Notes: generated from the letters alone by a model not told the origin. Shown: positions 19,241 through 29,100, counted from the stretch's first letter. The stretch: DNA of 64,000 bases from a virus (IMGVR_UViG_2770939519_000001:1-64000), one strand, 5' to 3'. A program made the numbers and translations.

Positions 19241-20230
19241 ATGTTCGATGATCCTGAGCTGAGAGGAGGTCAGGTGACACACTCCTACGCCGCGCATCAG
19301 GGGGAAGGTGGCGAGGTCGAAGGATCGCTCCTCGGCAACGACAAGGAGCGTGCGGCGCTGGTAGCCATGATGCGGCTCGAGTCGAAGCGGGTGGATTGGT
19401 CGAAGCTGACCGAGCGACTCAGCGAACGTGGGAGCGCGGTGCTGCTGTGGGAAGACGAGCATCCGAAGGATCTGTTCGGCGATGGCGGCGATGCGGCGGT
19501 ATTGCAGCAGGCCGAACGTGACATCCAGACATGGAAGCGCGCGCCGTTCCAATTTCACACCTTCACCGACCGGTCCTATCCCTCCCAGCTGCGATCGGTG
19601 CGTCAGGTTCCGCCGATGGTATTCACACACGGAAAACTGAAACCGGGCGAAATCGGAATCTGTGTTGTCGGTTCACGCAACGCAACCGACGCCGGTCTGA
19701 CCTTCGCGCGCACCATCTGCCGATATTTGGTCGACTCCGGCCTGACGGTGATTGCCGGATTGGCAAAAGGAATCGACACCGCTGCCCATCGCGCAGCATT
19801 GGATGCCGACGGCCGAACGGTGGCAGTGCTCGGCAACGGGCTGAATCGCGTGTATCCGCAAGAGAACCGCGACCTGCAAAACGAAATCTCCGAGCGCGGA
19901 ATGTTGCTCACACACTTCCTGCCCGAATACCCGCCGTCGCGGTGGTCCTTCCCGGCTCGGAACGTCACCATGAGCGCATACGGGACAGCCACCGTGATCG
20001 TCGAAGCCAGCGAGAAAAGCGGCACGAGGATCCAAGCACGCGAAGCGGTCGCGCATGGCCGCCCAGTCATCATCAACGCCGCCGTGGTCGGTTCGACAAC
20101 CTGGGGAAGGGCGCTGCAAAACGAACCGGGCGTCTATGTAGCCGAATCGGCACAACAGGCCTTCGAGCACGTTCAGAAGATTCTGCATCATCGCGAGATG
20201 GTCTCCCAGTTGCTGGGCTCCGCACGGTGA
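19241..20230 (+). CDS. DprA/Smf Rossmann-fold protein (ShosA-like)
   Basis: YPSQL, VVGSR, IAGLAKGIDTAAHRAAL, VAVLGNG, FPARN, IVEASEKSGT motifs. Confidence 0.92.
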   Translation: MFDDPELRGGQVTHSYAAHQGEGGEVEGSLLGNDKERAALVAMMRLESKRVDWSKLTERLSERGSAVLLWEDEHPKDLFGDGGDAAVLQQAERDIQTWKRAPFQFHTFTDRSYPSQLRSVRQVPPMVFTHGKLKPGEIGICVVGSRNATDAGLTFARTICRYLVDSGLTVIAGLAKGIDTAAHRAALDADGRTVAVLGNGLNRVYPQENRDLQNEISERGMLLTHFLPEYPPSRWSFPARNVTMSAYGTATVIVEASEKSGTRIQAREAVAHGRPVIINAAVVGSTTWGRALQNEPGVYVAESAQQAFEHVQKILHHREMVSQLLGSAR

Positions 20231-20295
20231 GCAGCGGCGTGATCGAGGTCTCGCGCCCGCTTTCTGAGATGGACGCCCGCGAATCCGAGTGATAG

Positions 20296-21138
20296 ATGAA
20301 TGAGAACCCCCAGATCAGCGAGGCCGCACAACTGGTCCGACGCCTCGTTCGCGACAGCGTTGGAGCGTTCTTCCGCAACACCTATGCCCCTGGCACTCTC
20401 GACATCTGTTCGGTATGCCGAGCGCCGGCCAATGGAAACCTCTGCGATGACTGCCGCAGCCACCGCGCCGACTACGGAAACCAACTGGCCGACCGCACGA
20501 TCCTGCTCACCTATGCGCAGGGCAAGCACCCGGGGGGCCCGCACCAGTCCGCCCATGTCGTCCGGGCGTACAAGGGCTACTTCGGTACTCCCGCTTCCCC
20601 GGAGTGTCAGGAATACATGAAACTGATGGTCCGAGTCGCGGCCGAAATCCATCGGCCATGCTTCGAAGGCTGGCTCGGCATATCCTGGGATTCCCTCACC
20701 TTCATTCCGTCACGAGAACGGCCCGACGCCAGCCATCCCGTCGCTGCGCTCGCGCGTGCCGTGGAATCTCCCGACGGGCCGACTTCTCCCCTGGACCGGT
20801 TCCTTCTCGAGACAGGCCCAGGCGCAGTCATAAGCGCGAAACATCAACTGGTCGAGGACCGCTTCCTGGTACCGGAAAAATGGCGCTCCGCCGTCGATGG
20901 CAAGAACGTACTGATCGTCGATGATACGTGGACCAGAGGCGCAAGCGCTCAAGGCGCAGCCATCGCCGCCAAGCAAGCAGGTGCCGCCACTGTGACAGTC
21001 CTGTGCGTCTCGCGGTGGCTGAACTGGAACTGGGCACCCAACGAGCGATTGCTCAGTTCCCTGGCCGAGGATTACAACGCACTGCTCTGCCCTGTGACCG
21101 GGCAAGTGTGCCAATCCGCCATCAACTACCGAGCTTGA
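20296..21138 (+). CDS. ComF-like phosphoribosyltransferase (ShosT-like)
   Basis: CSVC..P....LCDDC zinc knuckle; VLIVDDTWTRGAS PRPP-binding loop. Confidence 0.85.
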   Translation: MNENPQISEAAQLVRRLVRDSVGAFFRNTYAPGTLDICSVCRAPANGNLCDDCRSHRADYGNQLADRTILLTYAQGKHPGGPHQSAHVVRAYKGYFGTPASPECQEYMKLMVRVAAEIHRPCFEGWLGISWDSLTFIPSRERPDASHPVAALARAVESPDGPTSPLDRFLLETGPGAVISAKHQLVEDRFLVPEKWRSAVDGKNVLIVDDTWTRGASAQGAAIAAKQAGAATVTVLCVSRWLNWNWAPNERLLSSLAEDYNALLCPVTGQVCQSAINYRA

Positions 21139-21300
21139 ACCCTGTTGTAAGCCACCCGGCTCGGAATGCATACGCGCACAGCCGGATCGGCCCGTATTGG
21201 CAGTGGAGCCAGTGGTAGTCCCCGTCCCCTATCGCCTGATTTGTCTGCTATGCCGAGCTGCTTTAAGCTGCGCGGGCAGACGTGCACTGGAGGGGGAGAT

Positions 21301-21789
21301 ATGTCCGTGTGGCCTCGGATCGTGGTCGCGGTAGCCGTGGCGATCGCGCTTGCGGGATGCAGCGAAGAGACTCGTCCCTCCGGCCCGTTCGACACCTGCC
21401 GCGACCTCAGCACGACCATGCTGACACAAGCGGGAATCGATCCGGCCAGCAAGCAGGACACCGTAGTGACCGGACCGCTGACGCCGAGCTGCGTATATGG
21501 GCTGAAGAACCCCGCCGGATCGGTGCGGTTCGACCAGCTTTCAAATCTGACCTATTCGTCGGAGCTGGCGAGAGAGCAGAAGATCGCACAGGGCGTAACG
21601 GTCAAGGCGGCGCGTATCAACGACCGCAATGCGTACACCAAGTCGGTGGAAGGCTTTCTGTCCAAATGCGATCTGATCATGGAACTGAAGCAGGGCGTAG
21701 AGGTGATCTCGGTCTTCGCGGGATCAGATCAGTGTGGCATCGCCACCCGGATCGGCACCGCGATCGACCCGGTTATCGGCAAGCGTTGA
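21301..21789 (+). CDS. Lipoprotein, DUF3558-like
   Basis: Lipobox IALAGC; FDTC, PSCVY, SKCDL, DQCGIA Cys pattern. Confidence 0.7.
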   Translation: MSVWPRIVVAVAVAIALAGCSEETRPSGPFDTCRDLSTTMLTQAGIDPASKQDTVVTGPLTPSCVYGLKNPAGSVRFDQLSNLTYSSELAREQKIAQGVTVKAARINDRNAYTKSVEGFLSKCDLIMELKQGVEVISVFAGSDQCGIATRIGTAIDPVIGKR

Positions 21790-22006
21790 CAAGCTGACGG
21801 GTGCGCCTCCGCCTACTGCGATCGAGCCGGATTCTATTGCGGTGCAACTGATCTGCCCAGGTCGCCTCATCGACTCAAACATGCCCAGCGAGAGAAGAAG
21901 GTGCCAACTGGGCAGAGGCGGTCCACTGTCGAGGCGCGGGGTACCGGTCATCGGTTCATCCACCGCGCTCGGGCTAAGCTCATTTCTGTTGGGCGGGAGG
22001 AGAACT

Positions 22007-22891
22007 GTGACACGAGACTGGGCAACGCTACTCCAGGTCATGCCAGACTTTCTGGAGCCGGACGTCTCCGCTGGCGGCGACATCATTCCCGCCAATGAAC
22101 GTTTCCAACTGCGAGATCTCGAGACGGGCTACTTCGTCGACTTCACCGGGGAGGGAAAAGGTCTGAAGATTACCGTACCCACCCCGCCAGATCCCGATGT
22201 CGCCGAGCGCACCCTCAGCATCATCCAGAAGCAGCCCGCCGGGATGTGGATAAGGGACAGCGTGTAGTGGCCCGACGACGCCGACGAGTTGAACACCGGC
22301 TGGCGATATTTCCACGGCGACCCCGCTGTCGCCGCTTCCGTCGTGACAGTCATGTGTAATGGGCTGGGCATGGACATGCGTCGACTGCGATCCCGCGCTT
22401 GGGATGACAAAGGACCTCAGCTCTTTTACACTGAAAGCGACTGGCCGACAAGTCGCAATGCCGCGGCGCGGTGCACGGACTGGGACGACTTTACCGACAG
22501 GCTCGACTGGGTGCTACACACCATGCCGCAGAGCGCGATCACTCTCACCGCTCCCGATCAGCAGACAATTCAGTTCACACACCAGTACAACGGAACATTC
22601 AGTTGCGAAGCCAGCCACGACCCTGGCAATGCCGAATCCGCCAGGCGCATGGCGGAGTTGGGTTGGACATATGAAACCACCAGCTACCCGAGGTTCGAAC
22701 TCTGGTCGCCACCAACCGGGCGAGCGGGGCGCAAACCAGTACTGAACAACGCCGCATACCGTGCGGTCACTACCTTCCGCGAGGTCTACGGCATCGACAG
22801 CCTACGGCGGTTACAGGTCGAGGTCACTTCTCTACGATCGCGCCTCGACGAAATGTCTTACGTCGCTATCGAACTGGGACTCAAAGACTGA
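22007..22891 (+). pseudogene. Two-domain YbjN/T3SS-chaperone-like (TY-Chap-like) protein with an internal TAG
   Basis: GGGAGG RBS and GTG at 22007; ORFs 21734-22267 and 22289-22891 share a frame and are split by one TAG (22265-22267); DWATLL and DWDDFTDRLDWVL repeats. Confidence 0.6.
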
Positions 22892-23040
22892 AGGCTCGCC
22901 TGACATTCGATGCTCGTCCGTGCGCCGGCCAGCCGATTCCTGCTTTCAAGGTGGACATCGTCGGCCGTCTGGAAGCACGGCTTCGTAGCCTTGAAACCGA
23001 GGATTCGATCACGGCTGGTCGGGGCGCCTCATCTTCTCTC

Positions 23041-23244
23041 CTACTCGTCCTCGGGTTCATCAAGCCACGCTTGATATTCGGGATTGACGATAGCCAGACT
23101 GATGACATTGGGGATCGCAGACAAATTGACGACCACGTTCGGCAGGTTCCAACCGATTGTCGCGTCGACCCCCGGTTCATGTCGATTCGGCGCGCCTGGG
23201 ATTGCTGTCAGAGCTGTGCTGAGAGCGGAGAAGCTGTCGCTCAC
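23041..23244 (-). pseudogene. C-terminal fragment of a DUF6301-like immunity gene
   Basis: GWNLPNVVV...LAIVNPEYQAWLDEPEDE matches the C-termini of the paralogues. Confidence 0.6.
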
Positions 23245-23334
23245 TTGCTCACCGGCCGACGGCAGGAGGCGGTAACGATGGCGAGATATGGCTGGGATGC
23301 AGGTGGATGTTTCGCCTGAGTGGTAAGAGTAGAA

Positions 23335-23430
23335 ATGCGTGAAGCCCCGACTCGGATCGAGTCAGGACTTCGCGAGAGCCCTTCAGCGGGAAGGAGTCTC
23401 CCAGGTCATGATGAGCGCAAATATCTGCCG
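23335..23430 (+). repeat. Degenerate copy of a ~100-bp hairpin-containing repeat
   Basis: ATGCGTGAAGCCCCGACTC-GGATC-GAGTCAGGACTTC...GATGAGCGCA; matches 29002-29100. Confidence 0.75.
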
Positions 23431-23665
23431 CTGGCACAAGACCGGCTACCCAGAAATTCTTCAACGCCCGCGCGACCGGGCTTGTCGACTGCGGGCTGGT
23501 GATCAACACCGGAGTTCGGCCATCGAGTCGGCCCAATTGCCAGCCGCGTCGCTCGCTGAGATGGCCAGGCCTGTCTACAGGCCACGGCCAGTCGAATCCG
23601 ATTGCTGCGCAAAAGATCTGCACGGCCTCGATATCCTGTCGCATCGGGTACTGGGGGAGCCGCGG

Positions 23666-24184
23666 TCAGTTCTGGGGCCAGACGCTGTCGAGATCGGGAT
23701 GAGCTTCGGGCTCGATCCAATCATCGTTTCGTCCTGCCATGCCTGGTTCGGGGCTGACCAGCGAGACATTGCCCGAGCCATCACTCACCGTAATCTTCAG
23801 AACAATACCGGGCACGTCCCAACGCAACATTCGGTTCGGATCTCGCCACCACCATCCTGTCGGAAGCTGCCCTACCAGCACGAATATCCGCTGCGCCAAT
23901 GCGTCGAAAGCATTGGACAACAACGGCTTTGTGCTCGAGTCATTCAAGACCACGTCGGTGAAGTAGAACCAGACCTGATCGACAGGCCGAGGCCCGCAAT
24001 CGAGGAACCTGTCGAGGAGGCTATAGCTTCGGTGCGGTTGAGGTCGAAGTCGGTAGTCAGTGCGGGGGTCGTTGGTCGAGATCGGTCACTCGCCAGCCAA
24101 CTTGCTGCGCGAATCCGAGGAGATCATCGATGGTCCACGTCCAATCGAACTCCGAGGCGACCCCGTACTGATGTCTGATCGCAT
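23666..24184 (-). pseudogene. DUF6301-like immunity paralogue (subtype B), frameshifted
   Basis: MRSDI.. / SEFDWTWTIDDL..FAQQVGW / LTTDFDLNRT / FDALAQRIF..WWWRDPNRMLRWDVPG pieces lie in different frames. Confidence 0.7.
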
Positions 24185-24214
24185 TGGAATGTGTTCTGCT
24201 CGACCGGGATCGAT

Positions 24215-24718
24215 TCAGTCTTCTTCCAGGTTCGCGTCGTTCTCGTCGTTCCACTTCTGATACGCGGGACTGATGAAGTTCAAATACACCCCGGTCTTGC
24301 TCGTGGTCACCGTCACCACGATGCCAGGAAGATCCCAACGCAGCCCGCGGGTCGGCTCGACCCAGCTTCCGTCCGGGCGCTTCTCGACCACCTCGAACAC
24401 GCGCTGCGTGAGTTCGTCGAATACCCTATCAATTTCAGGCTTCATCCCCGGATCGTTGACGATCGCATCGGTGACGTTGAACGTGATCTGCTCCAACGGC
24501 CGCGGCACGTCCGGATTCACTCTGTTGTTGATATACAGCAAGGCGTCGGTGCGCTCGATCGCGAGATCGGTGGTCAAGGAGGGGGATCGGTCCTCGGGTC
24601 GGCTCTGTTGCCAACCGACTCGGTCGCTGAAATCAGCCAGGTCTGCAACGGTCCATGCCCACTCGAATTCGGATGCTGCACGGACGATCTGTGCGGCGCG
24701 CTCGATGTCTCTCTGCAT
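24215..24718 (-). CDS. DUF6301-like protein, putative immunity (subtype A, intact)
   Basis: MQRDIERAAQIVRAASEFEWAWT...RGLRWDLPG...SPAYQKW; close paralogue of 26002-26502. Confidence 0.8.
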   Translation of the reverse strand: MQRDIERAAQIVRAASEFEWAWTVADLADFSDRVGWQQSRPEDRSPSLTTDLAIERTDALLYINNRVNPDVPRPLEQITFNVTDAIVNDPGMKPEIDRVFDELTQRVFEVVEKRPDGSWVEPTRGLRWDLPGIVVTVTTSKTGVYLNFISPAYQKWNDENDANLEED

Positions 24719-24953
24719 CTTGGGACACTGCTTTCTTGCTGTGGCGGCTCGGTTTCAGACCATCACGAGCGGTTGTTGCTTCCCATAACCCGAGAGCGCA
24801 AGTGCGTTTCACAGGAAGGCGCCGTGCGTCAGGTATTTGAGCTACTCGACTTTGGTGCTGTCCTCGTCCCCACAGCCACCGACGAGTAGCGATCGCCACT
24901 CACAGCATGTCGAAACCCGGTCACGCCAGAGGATTTCGGTGGAGGTCACCCAC

Positions 24954-25513
24954 TCACACCTGTCTGTGACCTAAGTGAGAGTCTAGTCTCCGCGGGGTCC
25001 AGACACTGGCGAGATCAGGGTGCATATCGGGGTCGATGCGATCATCGATATCGTCCTGGTATTCGGGGCTGACCAGCGCAACGTTGTCCGAGGTGTCGCT
25101 CACCGAAATTTTCAGCACGAGTCCGGGCAAGTCTCAACGCAACATCCGATTCGGATCTTGCCACCACCGACCAGCGGGCGTTGACCGACGAGCTGGAATA
25201 TCCGTTGTGCAAGCTCGTCGAAAGCATTGGACAGCAGTGGCTTTACATTCGCATCATCCAGGATGACATCGGTGAAGTAGATCCAGATCCGCTTTGTTGG
25301 ACGCGCCGGATCGACTGAGTTGTCATGGAATGCCATGACGTCGGTTCGGTTGATGTCGAAGTCGGTAGTCAGTGTGGGGGAGCGCTGGTCGAGGTTGGCC
25401 AGCTGCCAGCCAACTTGCCGGACGAATTCGGGGAGGTCGTCGACGGTCCAGGCCCAATTGAACTCCAAGGCACCCTGGATGACCTGAATGGCACGGTCGA
25501 GGTCTGCTCGCAT
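24954..25513 (-). pseudogene. DUF6301-like immunity paralogue (subtype B), frameshift plus TGG>TGA
   Basis: MRADLDRAIQ...FNWAWTVDDL is intact to ~25190, then shifts to GRWWQDPNRMLR*DLPGLVLKISV...HPDLASVW. Confidence 0.75.
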
Positions 25514-26001
25514 GGATGGACTGCTCTTCTTTGTGGGGCAAGCCGGTTCGGGGCGGTGCGAGGCTGGTGCCGCCTCGCACCGCGCGGTGAAGGTACGTGT
25601 TCATAGGTAGGTCAAACACCTGAGGCTTTCCGCTCGGGTCGTGTCCTGGGCGGAAGGCTTGCGTTGTGCGATGGCGACAGTTACCGGCGGGATCGCAACA
25701 GCGAAGGTCACGGAGCCAGCTGCGAGCCGGGCGAGCAAGTTGTCGAGCGGTCTGTTCTCGGAGCCGGCGACCGCGGGAATTGGCAGCGCGACGCCATGTA
25801 GTCTCGGCTCCGAGATTTCGTCCGCAGGTGGAGTGGCCAGTGGCTTTGCCGGTTTCGGTGTCGTCGGGACATTTCCCACTCGATCCGTCGTCTCGCCTCT
25901 CTGATGCGGCGTGCTGTTTACTCACTTAGGACCGGTTCCGGCCCCAGATTCACGCGGTTGCCGCACAAGCGATCTACACGGCGAGCTCGATCACTCAGCT
26001 T

Positions 26002-26502
26002 CTATTCGTCGCCGTCGGCCTCGATTTTGTCCTGCCATCTCTGATACTCGGGACTGACCAACTCGACATAGACAGTGCGAGCACTGGTCGTCACCGCTAC
26101 TGCGATCGTGGGCAAATGCCAGCGCAGGCCGCGGGTGGGTTCGACCCACCACTCGTCGGCCCGTCGCCCCAACACCTCGAACACCCGTTGTGCGAGCTCA
26201 TCGAATACCCGGTCGATCTCGGGCTTCAGATTCGTATCGTCGAGTATCACGTCGGTTGTCCTGAACCAGATATGGTTGAGCGGACGTGAGTCGCCGGTTC
26301 CGACTGTGTTGTCGACCGACAGCATGGTGTCGCGACGATTGACGTCGAGATCGGTGGTCAGTTCGGGATACGTCTGATCCAGACCGGTCAGCTGCCAGCC
26401 GACCAGGTCGCTGAAGGCGGGGAGGTCGGCCGCGGTCCAGGTCCAGTCGAATTCCGTTGCGGTGCGCACGATCTGCGCGGCACGTTCGATGTCTGTACGC
26501 AT
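26002..26502 (-). CDS. DUF6301-like protein, putative cognate immunity protein
   Basis: MRTDIERAAQIVRTATEFDWTWT...; first gene downstream of the toxin. Confidence 0.8.
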   Translation of the reverse strand: MRTDIERAAQIVRTATEFDWTWTAADLPAFSDLVGWQLTGLDQTYPELTTDLDVNRRDTMLSVDNTVGTGDSRPLNHIWFRTTDVILDDTNLKPEIDRVFDELAQRVFEVLGRRADEWWVEPTRGLRWHLPTIAVAVTTSARTVYVELVSPEYQRWQDKIEADGDE

Positions 26503-26596
26503 CTGTATGAACAGTACTTTCTCGCTGCTGCGGTTCGGGGCTTCACAGCACCCCCTGTGGGTGTAGCTTTCCACAACAAGGTCGTGAAGGGTGCGC

Positions 26597-28819
26597 TCAC
26601 AGATGAGCGCCGTGAGTGAGACATTTGAGCCACTCATCCCAAGGAGCACCCTGGGCGGATGCTGGGCGGGGTGCGATGGTAACCACCATTGATTGATCTG
26701 CCGGTCGGCGGCGGTTCCAGAACCCCTGCTGCAACTCCGGAATCTCGGGTACGGGGATGTGGAGTTGGGCGAGAGCGGACACGTCGTGCAGTCGTCCCTG
26801 AACCAGCTCTCCGAACCACGTTGTGGCTTGACCGAGCAGGCCGCCCAACGAGTTGTCGGTGTAGGGGGCGGGTTGTGTAAGCGGTTGCGCTACTCCGTGA
26901 ATAGTGGGGCCATGCCCTGGCTCTTGGCCAGTTGTCTTACCTATGACAGTGTCGCCGGGGGTCCAACCGTTGGCCGGCTCTTGATTGGAGCCGTAGATAA
27001 TGATGTTTCCATCGGTGTCGGTTTTGATCAGGCGGTAGCCGACTCGGGCGGGGTCTTCATTTTGGACCGCGTCCCACACTCCATTGTCGACCAGCCATTG
27101 CATGAAGGCTGGATCATTGGCCGCATCTTCCTTGAGTTTGCCCCACAGGTAAGGGTCGGTCATCTGCTGAGCGCGAATCGTCGTATCGCTGTCGGGACCG
27201 TCGGGAACCATAGCGGTGCCCGGTCTGGGCTTGCCTGGATCGCCACCTTTCGATTCGATGACCATGATCTGGCCGTTCTTCACGGCGACCAGGTCATGCG
27301 TGTACGCACCAGAGGGCCGAGTATTCACTGTCCAGCCGTCGGATTTGAGCATCGCGACCGCTCCGGCCTCACCAAGCAGTTCCTTGGCGCGGTCCACGGG
27401 GGCTTTCGCCTTCCACCAGGCGTCGATTGCTGCCTGCAGAGGGGCGGTGGGCAATCCGAGGTCGCTGAGATCCCGCAACTGAGCATTGCGTACATCTTTG
27501 TCGCTGCTGGTGAGTTTGCCGATATCGATGTCGAGGTTGGGGTTCTGCTCCTCGAGTCCTGAGGCCAGACCTTCGATCCCCTTGTAAAACATGTTCCGGT
27601 AGATCTTGGCGACCTCGACGACGCCCATGGCCAGCAAGACAGGTGGGCGATACTCTTCGTCCAAGTCTTCAAATTTCCAGCTCAGGAGGCGGATCAACTC
27701 GGACCTGAGACTGATCCTCCCGTCGCCCTTAGCGGCGAAACTGCCTGGCTGTTTTCCCTCTGGGTTTCCTTGCCCCCATCGCAGGGTGTTGCCGTCCCAG
27801 TACGTTCCTTCTACCGGAACCCAGGCTTGCCCAGGCTTCGTACTGGGGAACAGTTGTCGCTGATGGTTGGTATTCGGATCGTTTGCTGGTCCGGGGATTG
27901 TGGTCGGCGCAGTGCCGGGGTTGCCTTGGTTCAGCGCGTTCGGGCCGGGGGTTACGGTCGTAGTCGCACCGGGTCGGGTGTTGGGACTGGGGGTATCGGG
28001 CAGCGAATTGGGATCCAGGCGATCGTCGGATTCGCTACGGGGCTTGTCGTCGTTGCGTGTCAGGTAGAAGTGCAGAGCCGTAAGCCCGAGACCGACGACG
28101 ACAGCCGCGCCAGCGCCGATGACGGCACCGGGAACAGCTCCGACGCCTCCGCCGCCGACGGTGCCCACCGCCGCACCGATTTCACCTCCCTCGATTGCCA
28201 TCGTCGCGAGCTCGGCGGCTGTGAGACCCGCCCCTGCCTCGAGCGCGCCGGTTCCGAGCGCCGCACCTGCGCCCGCACCCAACAGCGCGGTGCTGTTACC
28301 GTCGCTCCTGTCGTCGCCGTCGCTGCCCGATGAGACTCGATTGCCCTGGCCGTCAATGGTGTACAGATACTCACCCGCGCGGTTCAGAACCGCGTAGCGA
28401 GGCTTCCCATCGGCTCCATCGGCCAGCTGAGTCTTAGTGGCGGGGTAGGGGTCGCTGGCGTAATGGGGTTGTTCCGCGGGGACATTGATTTCGACGCGGC
28501 TACCGTCGCTGGGGTCGTAACCGTGATAGGTGTGGGCCGGTTGCGGCGCGGCGGGGACCAGGCCTGGGGAGTTCGGGTTGTAGGCCGGGAGGTCCGAGGC
28601 TTGTGGGCGCGAGGAATTCTGTCCCGGTTGAGAATTCGAGGCGGGAGACTGTGACTGTTGCTGGTTGGCAATCGTGGACCACACCGGATCCTGGGCGACT
28701 CTGTCGTTGTTCGCCTGGATCGCGGCCCGCGCGGCCGGGTCGCCCAATATCGCGGCTGCACCTGGATCGAGTGGGGGGGTTTTGGTTGAGTCGGACGACG
28801 AGTTCGGCTGGGGAGCCAT
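26597..28819 (-). CDS. Polymorphic-toxin-like protein with PD-(D/E)xK nuclease domain
   Basis: 740 aa; low-complexity N-terminus; glycine-zipper hydrophobic region (GAAVGTVGGGGVGAVPGAVIGAGAAVVVG); nuclease motifs LLGEAGA...HDLVAV...VIESKGG; GGAG RBS. Confidence 0.75.
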   Translation of the reverse strand: MAPQPNSSSDSTKTPPLDPGAAAILGDPAARAAIQANNDRVAQDPVWSTIANQQQSQSPASNSQPGQNSSRPQASDLPAYNPNSPGLVPAAPQPAHTYHGYDPSDGSRVEINVPAEQPHYASDPYPATKTQLADGADGKPRYAVLNRAGEYLYTIDGQGNRVSSGSDGDDRSDGNSTALLGAGAGAALGTGALEAGAGLTAAELATMAIEGGEIGAAVGTVGGGGVGAVPGAVIGAGAAVVVGLGLTALHFYLTRNDDKPRSESDDRLDPNSLPDTPSPNTRPGATTTVTPGPNALNQGNPGTAPTTIPGPANDPNTNHQRQLFPSTKPGQAWVPVEGTYWDGNTLRWGQGNPEGKQPGSFAAKGDGRISLRSELIRLLSWKFEDLDEEYRPPVLLAMGVVEVAKIYRNMFYKGIEGLASGLEEQNPNLDIDIGKLTSSDKDVRNAQLRDLSDLGLPTAPLQAAIDAWWKAKAPVDRAKELLGEAGAVAMLKSDGWTVNTRPSGAYTHDLVAVKNGQIMVIESKGGDPGKPRPGTAMVPDGPDSDTTIRAQQMTDPYLWGKLKEDAANDPAFMQWLVDNGVWDAVQNEDPARVGYRLIKTDTDGNIIIYGSNQEPANGWTPGDTVIGKTTGQEPGHGPTIHGVAQPLTQPAPYTDNSLGGLLGQATTWFGELVQGRLHDVSALAQLHIPVPEIPELQQGFWNRRRPADQSMVVTIAPRPASAQGAPWDEWLKCLTHGAHL

Positions 28820-28842
28820 TGATCACACTCCATGCGGGCATG

Positions 28843-28878
28843 AAAAAGCCCAGGCGGCAATATGTTTGCGGCCTGAGC
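28843..28878 (-). terminator. Intrinsic terminator directly upstream of the toxin start
   Basis: Minus strand GCTCAGGC-CGCAAACATATTGCC-GCCTGGGC-TTTTT, ending ~24 nt before the ATG. Confidence 0.65.
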
Positions 28879-29001
28879 GGTGGACGGGATGCAAAGGCGG
28901 AGGTCACACCCCCGCCGAGGGCCGGGGCGCGACAGGAGGGCGGTCCTTGCGGCTCACCGGCCGACGGCTCGGGGCGGGAACAAAGGCGGGATGTGGCTGA
29001 G

Positions 29002-29100
29002 ATGCGTGAAGCCCCGACTCGGGTCGCTGAGTCGGGGCTTCGAGTGAGAGTTATTCAGAGAGAGGAAGTCTCACTGACCTGATGAGCGCACAGATATGGC
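29002..29100 (+). repeat. ~100-bp repeat with a perfect 13-bp hairpin
   Basis: GAAGCCCCGACTC (29008-29020) / GAGTCGGGGCTTC (29029-29041); paralogous to 23335-23430. Confidence 0.75.

Noticed and set aside
20227-20295. In-frame upstream extension of the PRTase, coupled to the DprA stop (GTGA)
   Set aside because: Closed by two consecutive stops (TGA TAG) before ATG 20296; may be a coupling mini-ORF, but there is no further support.
19241-21138. Natural-competence dprA-comF locus
   Set aside because: Prophage context, no comEA/comEC/pilus genes, and divergent ComF; a defence TA reading fits better.
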